Assembly (NCBI RefSeq): GCF_032444005.1
Contig: NC_091287.1
Span: forward strand, 562,464,001-562,528,000
DNA length: 64,000 nt
Reading direction: 5' to 3'
From: Ranitomeya imitator
Lineage: Eukaryota
Position 1 is the stretch's first letter, and each line of letters opens with the position of its first letter. The notes under the pieces were generated by a model. That model had not been told where the DNA came from and ran no database searches. It saw nothing but the letters and a program-made list of their open reading frames with translations. The position numbers and the translations under genes are program-made. Shown here piece by piece: positions 22,615-35,700 of the stretch.

Positions 22615-25370
22615 TTAAGGGGTGCCAATGTCCGCAACCAAAGGGGATTCATATCCCCCAGTTTTTTGTGATGAGGAGACCGAGGAGGAGGAAGAGGGGG
22701 AGGAAGCAGCATACTCTATGACACTAGACGGGATGCCGACATCAGTCCAGCCAGTGGATGGTGGTGGCGAGACTGCAACAGAAGCAGGTGAGAGAGGAGG
22801 AGGGACGACCAGTGTCCTTGGCTGGCTACTCCGGCTCTGGGTCGACCCAGGCTGTGTAGATGGTGTACTCCTGGTTGACCCAGGCTGGGTAGTGGGTGTA
22901 CTCCGTGTAGACCCAGCCTGGGTACTTGGTGTGCTCCGGGTCGACCCAGGCTGTGTTCTGGTGGTACTTTGGGGAGCAGCCATAGCCAAGGACGTAGTGC
23001 TTGTGGTCGTCATGGTCTTCTTCTTCTTCTTTTTCCTCCTCTCTCCCTCTGGGTGGGGGTCGGCTTCCCGTCTGTGCCCCCTTGAAGGCCTGTCAGGCTC
23101 GGAACTTTGGGGCTCAGTTCTGTGGTGGCGGTGGCGGCGGCGGTGGCCCTCGGCACGCGGACCTCTGTGGTGGTGCTCTGCAGCAGGAGTCGGAGTCATG
23201 GCAGCCAGCGATGGTACTGCGGGCATATTTGTCGCTGACTGCATGACCCGAGCCTGCTGCAGAGCACTGACATATAAATTGTTGCAGCCCTGCATGAACG
23301 AAATCTGGAGTTCCGGCGTAAGATGTTCCACCATGCCGTTGTGAATGGCACTAAAGAAATGTTTTGCCGGCCTCGAGAGATCCGTTTCGATGTTTTCAAG
23401 ACGCCGTTGGATATTGCACATTTTATCGCACAGCGCCTTGAAACCATTCTGAAATACGGTACTCAGATGTAAAAATTCGGACATGGGCGCCCTGTCCGAG
23501 GCCCGCTGACGCTGTCGGGAAGACCCAAAGGACGGAGCAACAGAGGCCTCGGCCAGAGGAACATCTGATGGACCGGCTGCCGGTTCGCCAGATTGTGTTG
23601 TTGCAGACCTGCTCTCGCTGTGGGATGGCCGCGACAGTTCAGATGGCGCTTCACAAAGGACCGCTCTTGAGGGTCGTCTTGAGGATTGGACAGTCTCGCG
23701 GGTGCTGCTGTGTGTTCTGTGAAAACATAAGGAAACCATTAGTATAAAAAATATCACATTTCACATGCGTCAGAACATTTTACCGCCAGGTATCCATTAC
23801 CGCCATTAATATTACACTATTTTTAATATTGACACTGCATATGCACCATCAATATTAAACAAACGGTATTTATTTAATTCTAAAGAGTCACCCATGTTTT
23901 TAGTTTGCAACGCCAGACAATTATGCTTAGGTTGGAACTGCCATCACGTCACGGTCATGTGAACGAGACGTCATCACAGGTCCTGCGAGCTGAGCAACCA
24001 TGGGAACCTAACCAGCTTTGCAGTGGAATGTATGCCGTATCTATTATATTTAACTTTATTATGTATAAAAAATCGTAGATACACCTGGCAAGTGTGAGAA
24101 GATAAGAAATGAATAAAAAATTCAAGGTCAACGAGTGGTGAAAAGTTTAAAAAAAAAAATGTTTTAACTTCAATCAAAAGCAGAGGATGAAACATCTGCA
24201 CAATACAATAAAAAAACTATCTACGCGTTTCAGGTCTGATGTTCCCTGTCACCTGAAACACGTAGATAGAGTCTATTGTATTGTGCTGATGTTTGATCCT
24301 CTGCTTATGATTCAAGAGGAGAAAAGTATGTATTTTTGCACAACTCTGTGAACTAGCCTTTTTTTACTTCATTTATATACTTGGTACTTGGCAAAATAAA
24401 TGGCTGGGCAATAAGCAACGTGACTGGAATGTAGTATGTGAATATGCATGTTGTGAAAACTAGGTGTGTGAATAGGTACTATACTTACTCTCTGCTTTCA
24501 AGGACCGGTCGCAAGAACTGCAGTATACGGTTATGCTTGTACACCGAGGTCCTTGAAGCGCCAGCACCACTACGAGCCTGTCCCTCCTTTTTCAGGCCCC
24601 TCTTGAAACGGTCCTTCATGGAGCGCCATCTGGTCCTCAATTGTTTAACTGTGTATTAAAAAAAAAAAAAAAAAAAGGTTTTAGATAATATATCGAAAAA
24701 GATTACGCAACCGTGTGCAATCCCAATCAAAGACATCACAGACGGTTGTGTAATCCTGGCATGATGGGTCACAGCACTATTTTTTAAATACTTACGGAAA
24801 CTGGCTTTGGCCTTGGCGTTAGCGCTGTCGAAGCCATCCCACAGCGTTTGTGCCACCTCCAACCACAGACGCCGCAATATGCCCTGGTCCGCGTGCTGGG
24901 GGTCACGGCTGTCCCACAACGGGCCCCGTGCTTCTATTGATGCCACCATTAGGTCAATGTTAAGTGGCTCATCCAGGGCCCGTTGTGAAACCTAGAAAAG
25001 AATGGAAAATATGAAGGTTTGAAAGAGAAAAAAATTGTCCCTATCTCCTCCACCGACACCTACTACACACAACACCACACCCTACCACCACCCCCCCAAT
25101 ACCCGCAAAAAAAAAAATAAAAAAAAAATAAAGGTTTGAAATAAATACTTACGCTCCGTCCTGCAACCACAGCTTGGCCCCGTGGTCCCTGCTGCTGCTC
25201 CCTCTCTTCCTCCTGGTTCTCCTCCTCACTTGAAGAAGCCTGCAAAATAGTTTAACAAAAAGTTGAGTGACCCATCTACAAATGACAGCGAAAATATAGC
25301 AAGCAATAGTAGATCATGTACTCACCGGACTCCTCAGCGGTGGGGTGCCGGAATCACTGCCGCTGGCCAT
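22615..25370 (-). CDS. Harbinger accessory MADF (Myb/SANT-like) DNA-binding protein; 5 exons 25370-25326, 25239-25153, 24991-24796, 24648-24489, 23716-22615; 529 aa
   Basis: All junctions are GT-AG and in phase (45+87+196+160+1102 = 1590 nt). MADF signature LMVASIEARGPLWDSRDPQH...LWLEVAQTL...LRTRWRSMKDRFKR...YKHNRILQFLRP. Possible BESS-like segment HFFSAIHNGMVEHLTPELQISF. Low-complexity S/T/P tail. Confidence 0.88.
24172..24312. repeat. ~140-bp palindromic hairpin in intron 4 of the MADF gene
   Basis: Arms aatcaaaagcagaggatgaaacatctgcacaatacaata...ctatctacgcgtttcaggt and acctgaaacacgtagatag...tattgtattgtgctgatgtttgatcctctgcttatgatt around a 15-nt loop. Confidence 0.85.
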
Positions 25371-26710
25371 GACTAATTAAAGCAGTTCTGAAATTAACAA
25401 AAAAATAACATTGACTATGCTCCTATGCACTATCATGCAATAAATAATATTAAAAAAAAAAGGCATTTAAACCACAAATAACATTGCACTCCAACTGAAC
25501 TAACGATGAGCAAACTACACTGCCACATTGATTAGATTAAAGAAACAATGGCAGAGACAACCCAATGCCAGAGTACAAAAGGCTAAAGATAAGAAAATTA
25601 ACAAGTACACAATGTAGTAATCCCAAAAGATTTTTTTAAAAAAGAAAAATTACAGTATGCACGGATCAACACAAAAAACACAATATGTGGTTGTAATAAA
25701 AAATATTTCAACACGAAAAAAAATAAGGGCAGAAACATAAATACTTTACAATGAAACCAACAGTGCCGGAGAAAATAGAAGGGGATACAACGCCATACAT
25801 CGCAACCAGAAACATACAACTATGTATTTACACAACCACAGTGCTGAAAATAATACACAAATTGCAATAAAAATGTAATAAAAGGCCTCAAAATCATTCT
25901 ATACTACCATACTTTACAAAACAACCGACAGGGCCAGAGACAATGAAACGCCATCATATAACGGAAGAATAAAACAGCACAACTGAATACAAAAACAACA
26001 CCAAACCAAAAAATGGAAACTCAAAATCAATCTTGGAAAGAACACTAATCAAGGCCGCAGACAATGAAACGCCATCCTATACACAATGCCGTCCATCAAA
26101 ACCAAACCAAAAAGACCACAATATCTTTAGCCACAGTGCAGAATATAAAACACTACTTGCAAAAAAAATTGTAAAAACATGTAGAAAATGCACATAATCA
26201 TTCTATACTTACATCTCTGGACAGCGGATGAGAAGACAGTTGCTCTGATGTGTCTGGTCTGATGTTGCCTGTTGTGTAGCCGGCAGCAGAAGTGACAAAC
26301 AATCCTACATTTTCTTTATATATGGGGGATGTTTTTCTCACTGTTTGCACTGTCTAGACACTGTCTAGACACTTTTTTGTTTCATTTTATGTTACGACGC
26401 ATGCGTCGCACAACGCATGCACGACGCACACCCGCGACGCAAGTGCGTCGTCAATACGTTTCAATGGGAAATTGTAACGCATTGACGACGCACGAGCGAC
26501 GCGCGCGTTTTTTTGGCGCTCCGAAAATGCAACATGTAGCGTCTCCGACGCCACCCAGGTGCGGTGTTACGACGCATGCGTCGTGCGTTTTACTGAAAAC
26601 GCACGACAACGCAACGCATGCGTCCCCAATGATAAAGATAGGGGCGCATGACGCATGCGTTGTCGTGCGTCGGCGACGCAGCGTCGCATGACGCTAATGT
26701 GAACGTACCC

Positions 26711-29700
26711 TAAGAGCCACCCGCACCCTCACTATAAGAGCCACCCACACCGTCACTATAAGAGCCACCCACACCCTCACTATAAGAGCCACCCAAACCC
26801 TCACTATAAGAGCCACCCGCACCATCACTATAAGAGCCACCCACAGCCTCACTATAAGAGCCACCCGCACCCTCACTATAAGAGCCGCCCACACCCTCAC
26901 TATAAGAGCCGCCCACAGCCTCACTATAAGAGCCACCCACACCCTCACTATAAGAGCCACCCACACCCTCACTATAAGAGCCACCCACACCCTCACTATA
27001 AGAGCCGCCCACAGCCTCACTATAAGAGCCGCCCACACCCTCACTATAAGAGCCACCCGCACCCTCACTATAAGAGCCCCCCGCACCCTCACTATAAGAG
27101 CCGCCCACAGCCTCACTATAAGAGCCCCCCACACCCTCACTATAAGAGCCCCCCAAACCCTCACTATAAGAGCCACCCGCACCCTCACTATAAGCCACCC
27201 ACAGCCTCACTATAAGAGCCACCCGCACCCTCACTATAAGAGCCGCCCGCACCCTCACTATAAGAGCCACCCACACCCTCACTATAAGCCGCCCACAGCC
27301 TCACTATAAGAGCCACCCACACCCTCACTATAAGAGCCACCCGCACACTCACTATAAGAGCCGCCCACACCCTCACTATAAGAGCCGCCCACACCCTCAC
27401 TATAAGAGCCGCCCACACCCTCACTATAAGAGCCGCCCACACCCTCACTATAAGCCGCCCACAGCCTCACTATAAGAGCCACCTACACCCTCACTATAAG
27501 AGCCACCCGCACACTCACTATAAGAGCCGCCCACACCCTCACTATAAGAGCCGCCCACACCCTCACTATAAGAGCCGCCCACACCCTCACTATAAGAGCC
27601 GCCCACAGCCTCACTATAAGAGCCGCCCACACCCTCACTATAAGAGCCACCCACACCCTCACTATAAGAGCCACCCGCACCCTCACTATAAGAGCCCCAC
27701 GCACCCTCACTATAAGAGCCGCCAACAGCCTCACTATAAGAGCCACCCGCACCCTCACTAAAAGAGCCACCCACACCGTCACTATAAGAGCCACCCACAC
27801 CCTCACTATAAGAGCCACCCAAACCCTCACTATAAGAGCCACCCGCACCATCACTATAAGAGCCACCCACAGCCTCACTATAAGAGCCACCCGCACCCTC
27901 ACTATAAGAGCCGCCCACACCCTCACTATAAGAGCCGCCCACAGCCTCACTATAAGAGCCACCCACACCCTCACTATAAGAGCCACCCACACCCTCACTA
28001 TAAGAGCCACCCACACCCTCACTATAAGAGCCGCCCACAGCCTCACTATAAGAGCCGCCCACACCCTCACTATAAGAGCCACCCGCACCCTCACTATAAG
28101 AGCCCCCCGCACCCTCACTATAAGAGCCGCCCACAGCCTCACTATAAGAGCCACCCACACCGTCACTATAAGAGCCACCCACACCGTCACTATAAGAGCC
28201 CCCCACAACCTCACTATAAGAGCCGCCCACAGCCTCACTATAAGAGCCACCCACACCGTCACTATAAGAGCCACCCACACCCTCACTATAAGAGCCGCCC
28301 ACACCCTCACTATAAGAGCCGCCCGCACCCTCACTATAAGAGCCCCCCGCACCCTCACTATAAGAGCCGCCCACAGCCTCACTATAAGAGCCACCCACAC
28401 CGTCACTATAAGAGCCACCCACACCGTCACTATAAGAGCCACCCGCACCCTCACTATAAGAGCCGCCCACACCCTCACTATAAGGGCCGCCCACAGCCTC
28501 ACTATAAGAGCCGCCCACACCCTCACTATAAGAGCCACCCACACCCTCACTATAAGAGCCACCCACACCCTCACTATAAGAGCCGCCCACAGCCTCACTA
28601 TAAGAGCCACCCGCACCCTCACTATAAGAGCCGCCCGCACCCTCACTATAAGAGCCGCCCACACCCTCACTATAAGAGCCGCCCACACCCTCACTATAAG
28701 AGCCGCCCACACCCTCACTATAAGCCGCCCACAGCCTCACTATAAGAGCCACCCACACCCTCACTATAAGAGCCACCCGCACACTCACTATAAGAGCCGC
28801 CCACACCCTCACTATAAGAGCCGCCCACACCCTCACTATAAGAGCCGCCCACACCCTCACTATAAGAGCCGCCCACAGCCTCACTATAAGAGCCGCCCAC
28901 ACCCTCACTATAAGAGCCACCCACACCCTCACTATAAGAGCCACCCGCACCCTCACTATAAGAGCCCCACACACCCTCACTATAAGAGCCGCCAACAGCC
29001 TCACTATAAGAGCCACCCGCACCCTCACTATAAGAGCCACCCACACCGTCACTATAAGAGCCACCCACACCCTCACTATAAGAGCCACCCAAACCCTCAC
29101 TATAAGAGCCACCCGCACCATCACTATAAGAGCCACCCACAGCCTCACTATAAGAGCCACCCGCACCCTCACTATAAGAGCCGCCCACACCCTCACTATA
29201 AGAGCCGCCCACAGCCTCACTATAAGAGCCACCCACACCCTCACTATAAGAGCCACCCACACCCTCACTATAAGAGCCACCCACACCCTCACTATAAGAG
29301 CCGCCCACAGCCTCACTATAAGAGCCGCCCACACCCTCACTATAAGAGCCACCCGCACCCTCACTATAAGAGCCCCCCGCACCCTCACTATAAGAGCCGC
29401 CCACAGCCTCACTATAAGAGCCCCCCACACCCTCACTATAAGAGCCCCCCAAACCCTCACTATAAGAGCCACCCGCACCCTCACTATAAGCCACCCACAG
29501 CCTCACTATAAGAGCCACCCGCACCCTCACTATAAGAGCCGCCCGCACCCTCACTATAAGAGCCACCCACACCCTCACTATAAGCCGCCCACAGCCTCAC
29601 TATAAGAGCCACCCACACCCTCACTATAAGAGCCACCCGCACACTCACTATAAGAGCCGCCCACACCCTCACTATAAGAGCCGCCCACACCCTCACTATA

Positions 29701-32700
29701 AGAGCCGCCCACACCCTCACTATAAGAGCCGCCCACACCCTCACTATAAGCCGCCCACAGCCTCACTATAAGAGCCACCTACACCCTCACTATAAGAGCC
29801 ACCCGCACACTCACTATAAGAGCCGCCCACACCCTCACTATAAGAGCCGCCCACACCCTCACTATAAGAGCCGCCCACACCCTCACTATAAGAGCCGCCC
29901 ACAGCCTCACTATAAGAGCCGCCCACACCCTCACTATAAGAGCCACCCACACCCTCACTATAAGAGCCACCCGCACCCTCACTATAAGAGCCCCACGCAC
30001 CCTCACTATAAGAGCCGCCAACAGCCTCACTATAAGAGCCACCCGCACCCTCACTAAAAGAGCCACCCACACCGTCACTATAAGAGCCACCCACACCCTC
30101 ACTATAAGAGCCACCCAAACCCTCACTATAAGAGCCACCCGCACCATCACTATAAGAGCCACCCACAGCCTCACTATAAGAGCCACCCGCACCCTCACTA
30201 TAAGAGCCGCCCACACCCTCACTATAAGAGCCGCCCACAGCCTCACTATAAGAGCCACCCACACCCTCACTATAAGAGCCACCCACACCCTCACTATAAG
30301 AGCCACCCACACCCTCACTATAAGAGCCGCCCACAGCCTCACTATAAGAGCCGCCCACACCCTCACTATAAGAGCCACCCGCACCCTCACTATAAGAGCC
30401 CCCCGCACCCTCACTATAAGAGCCGCCCACAGCCTCACTATAAGAGCCACCCACACCGTCACTATAAGAGCCACCCACACCGTCACTATAAGAGCCCCCC
30501 ACAACCTCACTATAAGAGCCGCCCACAGCCTCACTATAAGAGCCACCCACACCGTCACTATAAGAGCCACCCACACCCTCACTATAAGAGCCGCCCACAC
30601 CCTCACTATAAGAGCCGCCCGCACCCTCACTATAAGAGCCCCCCGCACCCTCACTATAAGAGCCGCCCACAGCCTCACTATAAGAGCCACCCACACCGTC
30701 ACTATAAGAGCCACCCACACCGTCACTATAAGAGCCACCCGCACCCTCACTATAAGAGCCGCCCACACCCTCACTATAAGGGCCGCCCACAGCCTCACTA
30801 TAAGAGCCGCCCACACCCTCACTATAAGAGCCACCCACACCCTCACTATAAGAGCCACCCACACCCTCACTATAAGAGCCGCCCACAGCCTCACTATAAG
30901 AGCCACCCGCACCCTCACTATAAGAGCCGCCCGCACCCTCACTATAAGAGCCGCCCACACCCTCACTATAAGAGCCGCCCACACCCTCACTATAAGAGCC
31001 GCCCACACCCTCACTATAAGCCGCCCACAGCCTCACTATAAGAGCCACCCACACCCTCACTATAAGAGCCACCCGCACACTCACTATAAGAGCCGCCCAC
31101 ACCCTCACTATAAGAGCCGCCCACACCCTCACTATAAGAGCCGCCCACACCCTCACTATAAGAGCCGCCCACAGCCTCACTATAAGAGCCGCCCACACCC
31201 TCACTATAAGAGCCACCCACACCCTCACTATAAGAGCCACCCGCACCCTCACTATAAGAGCCCCACACACCCTCACTATAAGAGCCGCCAACAGCCTCAC
31301 TATAAGAGCCACCCGCACCCTCACTATAAGAGCCACCCACACCGTCACTATAAGAGCCACCCACACCCTCACTATAAGAGCCACCCAAACCCTCACTATA
31401 AGAGCCACCCGCACCATCACTATAAGAGCCACCCACAGCCTCACTATAAGAGCCACCCGCACCCTCACTATAAGAGCCGCCCACACCCTCACTATAAGAG
31501 CCGCCCACAGCCTCACTATAAGAGCCACCCACACCCTCACTATAAGAGCCACCCACACCCTCACTATAAGAGCCACCCACACCCTCACTATAAGAGCCGC
31601 CCACAGCCTCACTATAAGAGCCGCCCACACCCTCACTATAAGAGCCACCCGCACCCTCACTATAAGAGCCCCCCGCACCCTCACTATAAGAGCCGCCCAC
31701 AGCCTCACTATAAGAGCCCCCCACACCCTCACTATAAGAGCCCCCCAAACCCTCACTATAAGAGCCACCCGCACCCTCACTATAAGCCACCCACAGCCTC
31801 ACTATAAGAGCCACCCGCACCCTCACTATAAGAGCCGCCCGCACCCTCACTATAAGAGCCACCCACACCCTCACTATAAGCCGCCCACAGCCTCACTATA
31901 AGAGCCACCCACACCCTCACTATAAGAGCCACCCGCACACTCACTATAAGAGCCGCCCACACCCTCACTATAAGAGCCGCCCACACCCTCACTATAAGAG
32001 CCGCCCACACCCTCACTATAAGAGCCGCCCACACCCTCACTATAAGCCGCCCACAGCCTCACTATAAGAGCCACCCACACCCTCACTATAAGAGCCACCC
32101 GCACACTCACTATAAGAGCCGCCCACACCCTCACTATAAGAGCCGCCCACACCCTCACTATAAGAGCCGCCCACACCCTCACTATAAGAGCCGCCCACAG
32201 CCTCACTATAAGAGCCGCCCACACCCTCACTATAAGAGCCACCCACACCCTCACTATAAGAGCCACCCGCACCCTCACTATAAGAGCCCCACGCACCCTC
32301 ACTATAAGAGCCGCCAACAGCCTCACTATAAGAGCCACCCGCACCCTCACTAAAAGAGCCACCCACACCGTCACTATAAGAGCCACCCACACCCTCACTA
32401 TAAGAGCTACCCAAACCCTCACTATAAGAGCCACCCGCACCATCACTATAAGAGCCACCCACAGCCTCACTATAAGAGCCACCCGCACCCTCACTATAAG
32501 AGCCGCCCACACCCTCACTATAAGAGCCGCCCACAGCCTCACTATAAGAGCCACCCACACCCTCACTATAAGAGCCACCCACACCCTCACTATAAGAGCC
32601 ACCCACACCCTCACTATAAGAGCCGCCCACAGCCTCACTATAAGAGCCGCCCACACCCTCACTATAAGAGCCACCCGCACCCTCACTATAAGAGCCCCCC

Positions 32701-35700
32701 GCACCCTCACTATAAGAGCCGCCCACAGCCTCACTATAAGAGCCACCCACACCGTCACTATAAGAGCCACCCACACCGTCACTATAAGAGCCCCCCACAA
32801 CCTCACTATAAGAGCCGCCCACAGCCTCACTATAAGAGCCACCCACACCGTCACTATAAGAGCCACCCACACCCTCACTATAAGAGCCGCCCACACCCTC
32901 ACTATAAGAGCCGCCCGCACCCTCACTATAAGAGCCCCCCGCACCCTCACTATAAGAGCCGCCCACAGCCTCACTATAAGAGCCACCCACACCGTCACTA
33001 TAAGAGCCACCCACACCGTCACTATAAGAGCCACCCGCACCCTCACTATAAGAGCCGCCCACACCCTCACTATAAGGGCCGCCCACAGCCTCACTATAAG
33101 AGCCGCCCACACCCTCACTATAAGAGCCACCCACACCCTCAGTATAAGAGCCACCCACACCCTCACTATAAGAGCCGCCCACAGCCTCACTATAAGAGCC
33201 ACCCGCACCCTCACTATAAGAGCCCCCCGCACCCTCACTATAAGAGCCGCCAACAGCCTCACTATAAGAGCCACCCACACCGTCACTATAAGAGCCCCCA
33301 AACCCTCACTATAAGAGCCACCCGCACCCTCACTATAAGAGCCCCCCGCACCCTAACTATAAGAGCCGCCCACAGCCTCACTATAAGAGCCACCCACACC
33401 GTCACTATAAGAGCCACCCACACCCTCACTATAATAGCCCCCCAAACCCTCACTATAAGAGCCACCCGCACCCTCACTATAAGAGCCGCCCACAGCCTCA
33501 CTATAAGAGCCACCCACACCGTCACTATAAGAGCCCCCCACACCCTCACTATAAGAGCCGCCCGCACCCTCACTATAAGAGCCGCCCGCACCCTCACTAT
33601 AAGAGCCACCCGCACCCTCACTATAAGAGCCGCCCGAACCCTCACTATAAGAGCCCCCCACACCCTCACTATAAGAGCCCCCGAACCCTCACTATAAGAG
33701 CCGCCCACAGCCTCAAAATAAGAGCCACCCACACCGTCACTATAAGAGCCCCCCAAACCCTCACTATAAGAGCCACCCGCACCCTCACTATAAGCCACCC
33801 ACAGCCTCACTATAAGAGCCACCCGCACCCTCACTATAAGAGCCGCCCGCACCCTCACTATAAGAGCCACCCACACCCTCACTATAAGCCGCCCACAGCC
33901 TCACTATAAGAACCACCCACACCCTCACTATAAGAGCCACCCGCACACTCACTATAAGAGCCCCCCGCACCCTCATAATAAGATCCGCCCGCACCGTCAC
34001 TATAAGAGCCGCCCACACCCTCACGATAAGAGCCGCCCACACCCTCACTATAAGAGCCGCCCACAGCCTCACTATAAGAGCCGCCCACACCCTCACTATA
34101 AGAGCCACCCACACCCTCACTATAAGAGCCACCCACACCCTCACTATAAGAGCCGCCCACAGCCTCACTATAAGAGCCACCCGCACCCTCACTATAAGAG
34201 CCCCACGCACCCTCACTATAAGAGCCGCCAACAGCCTCACTATAAGAGCCACCCACACCGTCACTATAAGAGCCGCCCACAGCCTCACTATAAGAGCCAC
34301 CCGCACCCTCACTATAAGAGCCACCCACACCGTCACTATAAGAGCCACCCACACCCTCACTATAAGAGCCACCCAAACCCTCACTATAAGAGCCACCCGC
34401 ACCATCACTATAAGAGCCACCCACAGCCTCACTATAAGAGCCACCCGCACCCTCACTATAAGAGCCACCCACACCCTCACTATAAGAGCCACCCACACCC
34501 TCACTATAAGAGCCGCCCACACCCTCACTATAAGAGCCGCCCACAGCCTCACTATAAGAGCCACCCACACCCTCACTATAAGAGCCACCCGCACCCTCAC
34601 TATAAGAGCCCCCCGCACCCTCACTATAAGAGCCGCCCACAGCCTCACTATAAGAGCCACCCACACCGTCACTATAAGAGCCACCCACACCGTCACTATA
34701 AGAGCCCCCCACAACCTCACTATAAGAGCCGCCCACAGCCTCACTATAAGAGCCACCCACACCGTCACTATAAGAGCCACCCACACCCTCACTATAAGAG
34801 CCGCCCACACCCTCACTATAAGAGCCGCCCACACCCTCACTATAAGAGCCGCCCACACCCTCACTATAAGCCGCCCACAGCCTCACTATAAGAGCCACCC
34901 ACACCGTCACTATAAGAGCCACCCACACCGTCACTATAAGAGCCACCCGCACCCTCACTATAAGAGCCGCCCACACCCTCACTATAAGAGCCGCCCACAC
35001 CCTCACTATAAGAGCCGCCCACACCCTCACTATAAGAGCCACCCACACCCTCACTATAAGAGCCACCCACACCCTCACTATAAGAGCCGCCCACAGCCTC
35101 ACTATAAGAGCCACCCACACCCTCACTATAAGAGCCCCCCGCACCCTCACTATAAGAGCCGCCAACAGCCTCACTATAAGAGCCACCCACACCCTCACTA
35201 TAAGAGCCACCCACACCCTCACTATAAGAGCCGCCCACAGCCTCACTATAAGAGCCACCCACACCGTCACTATAAGAGCCCCCAAACCCTCACTATAAGA
35301 GCCACCCGCACCCTCACTATAAGAGCCCCCCGCACCCTAACTATAAGAGCCGCCCACAGCCTCACTATAAGAGCCACCCACACCGTCACTATAAGAGCCA
35401 CCCACACCCTCACTATAATAGCCCCCCAAACCCTCACTATAAGAGCCACCCGCACCCTCACTATAAGAGCCGCCCACAGCCTCACTATAAGAGCCACCCA
35501 CACCGTCACTATAAGAGCCCCCCACACCCTCACTATAAGAGCCGCCCGCACCCTCACTATAAGAGCCGCCCGCACCCTCACTATAAGAGCCACCCTCACC
35601 CTCACTATAAGAGCCGCCCGAACCCTCACTATAAGAGCCCCCCACACCCTCACTATAAGAGCCCCCGAACCCTCACTATAAGAGCCGCCCACAGCCTCAA

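Larger units (their letters stand above)
18736..26710. mobile_element. Autonomous-type PIF/Harbinger DNA transposon, 7975 bp
   Basis: Perfect 45-bp TIRs (GGGTACGTTCACATTAGCGTCATGCGACGCTGCGTCGCCGACGCA at 18736-18780, inverted at 26666-26710). 3-bp TSD TAA (18733-18735 and 26711-26713). Convergent DDE transposase and MADF genes, and ACGCA-rich subterminal repeats. Confidence 0.96.

Noticed and set aside
22622-23344. 240-aa + strand ORF antisense to the MADF last exon
   Set aside because: Shadow ORF of a GC-rich, low-complexity coding exon.
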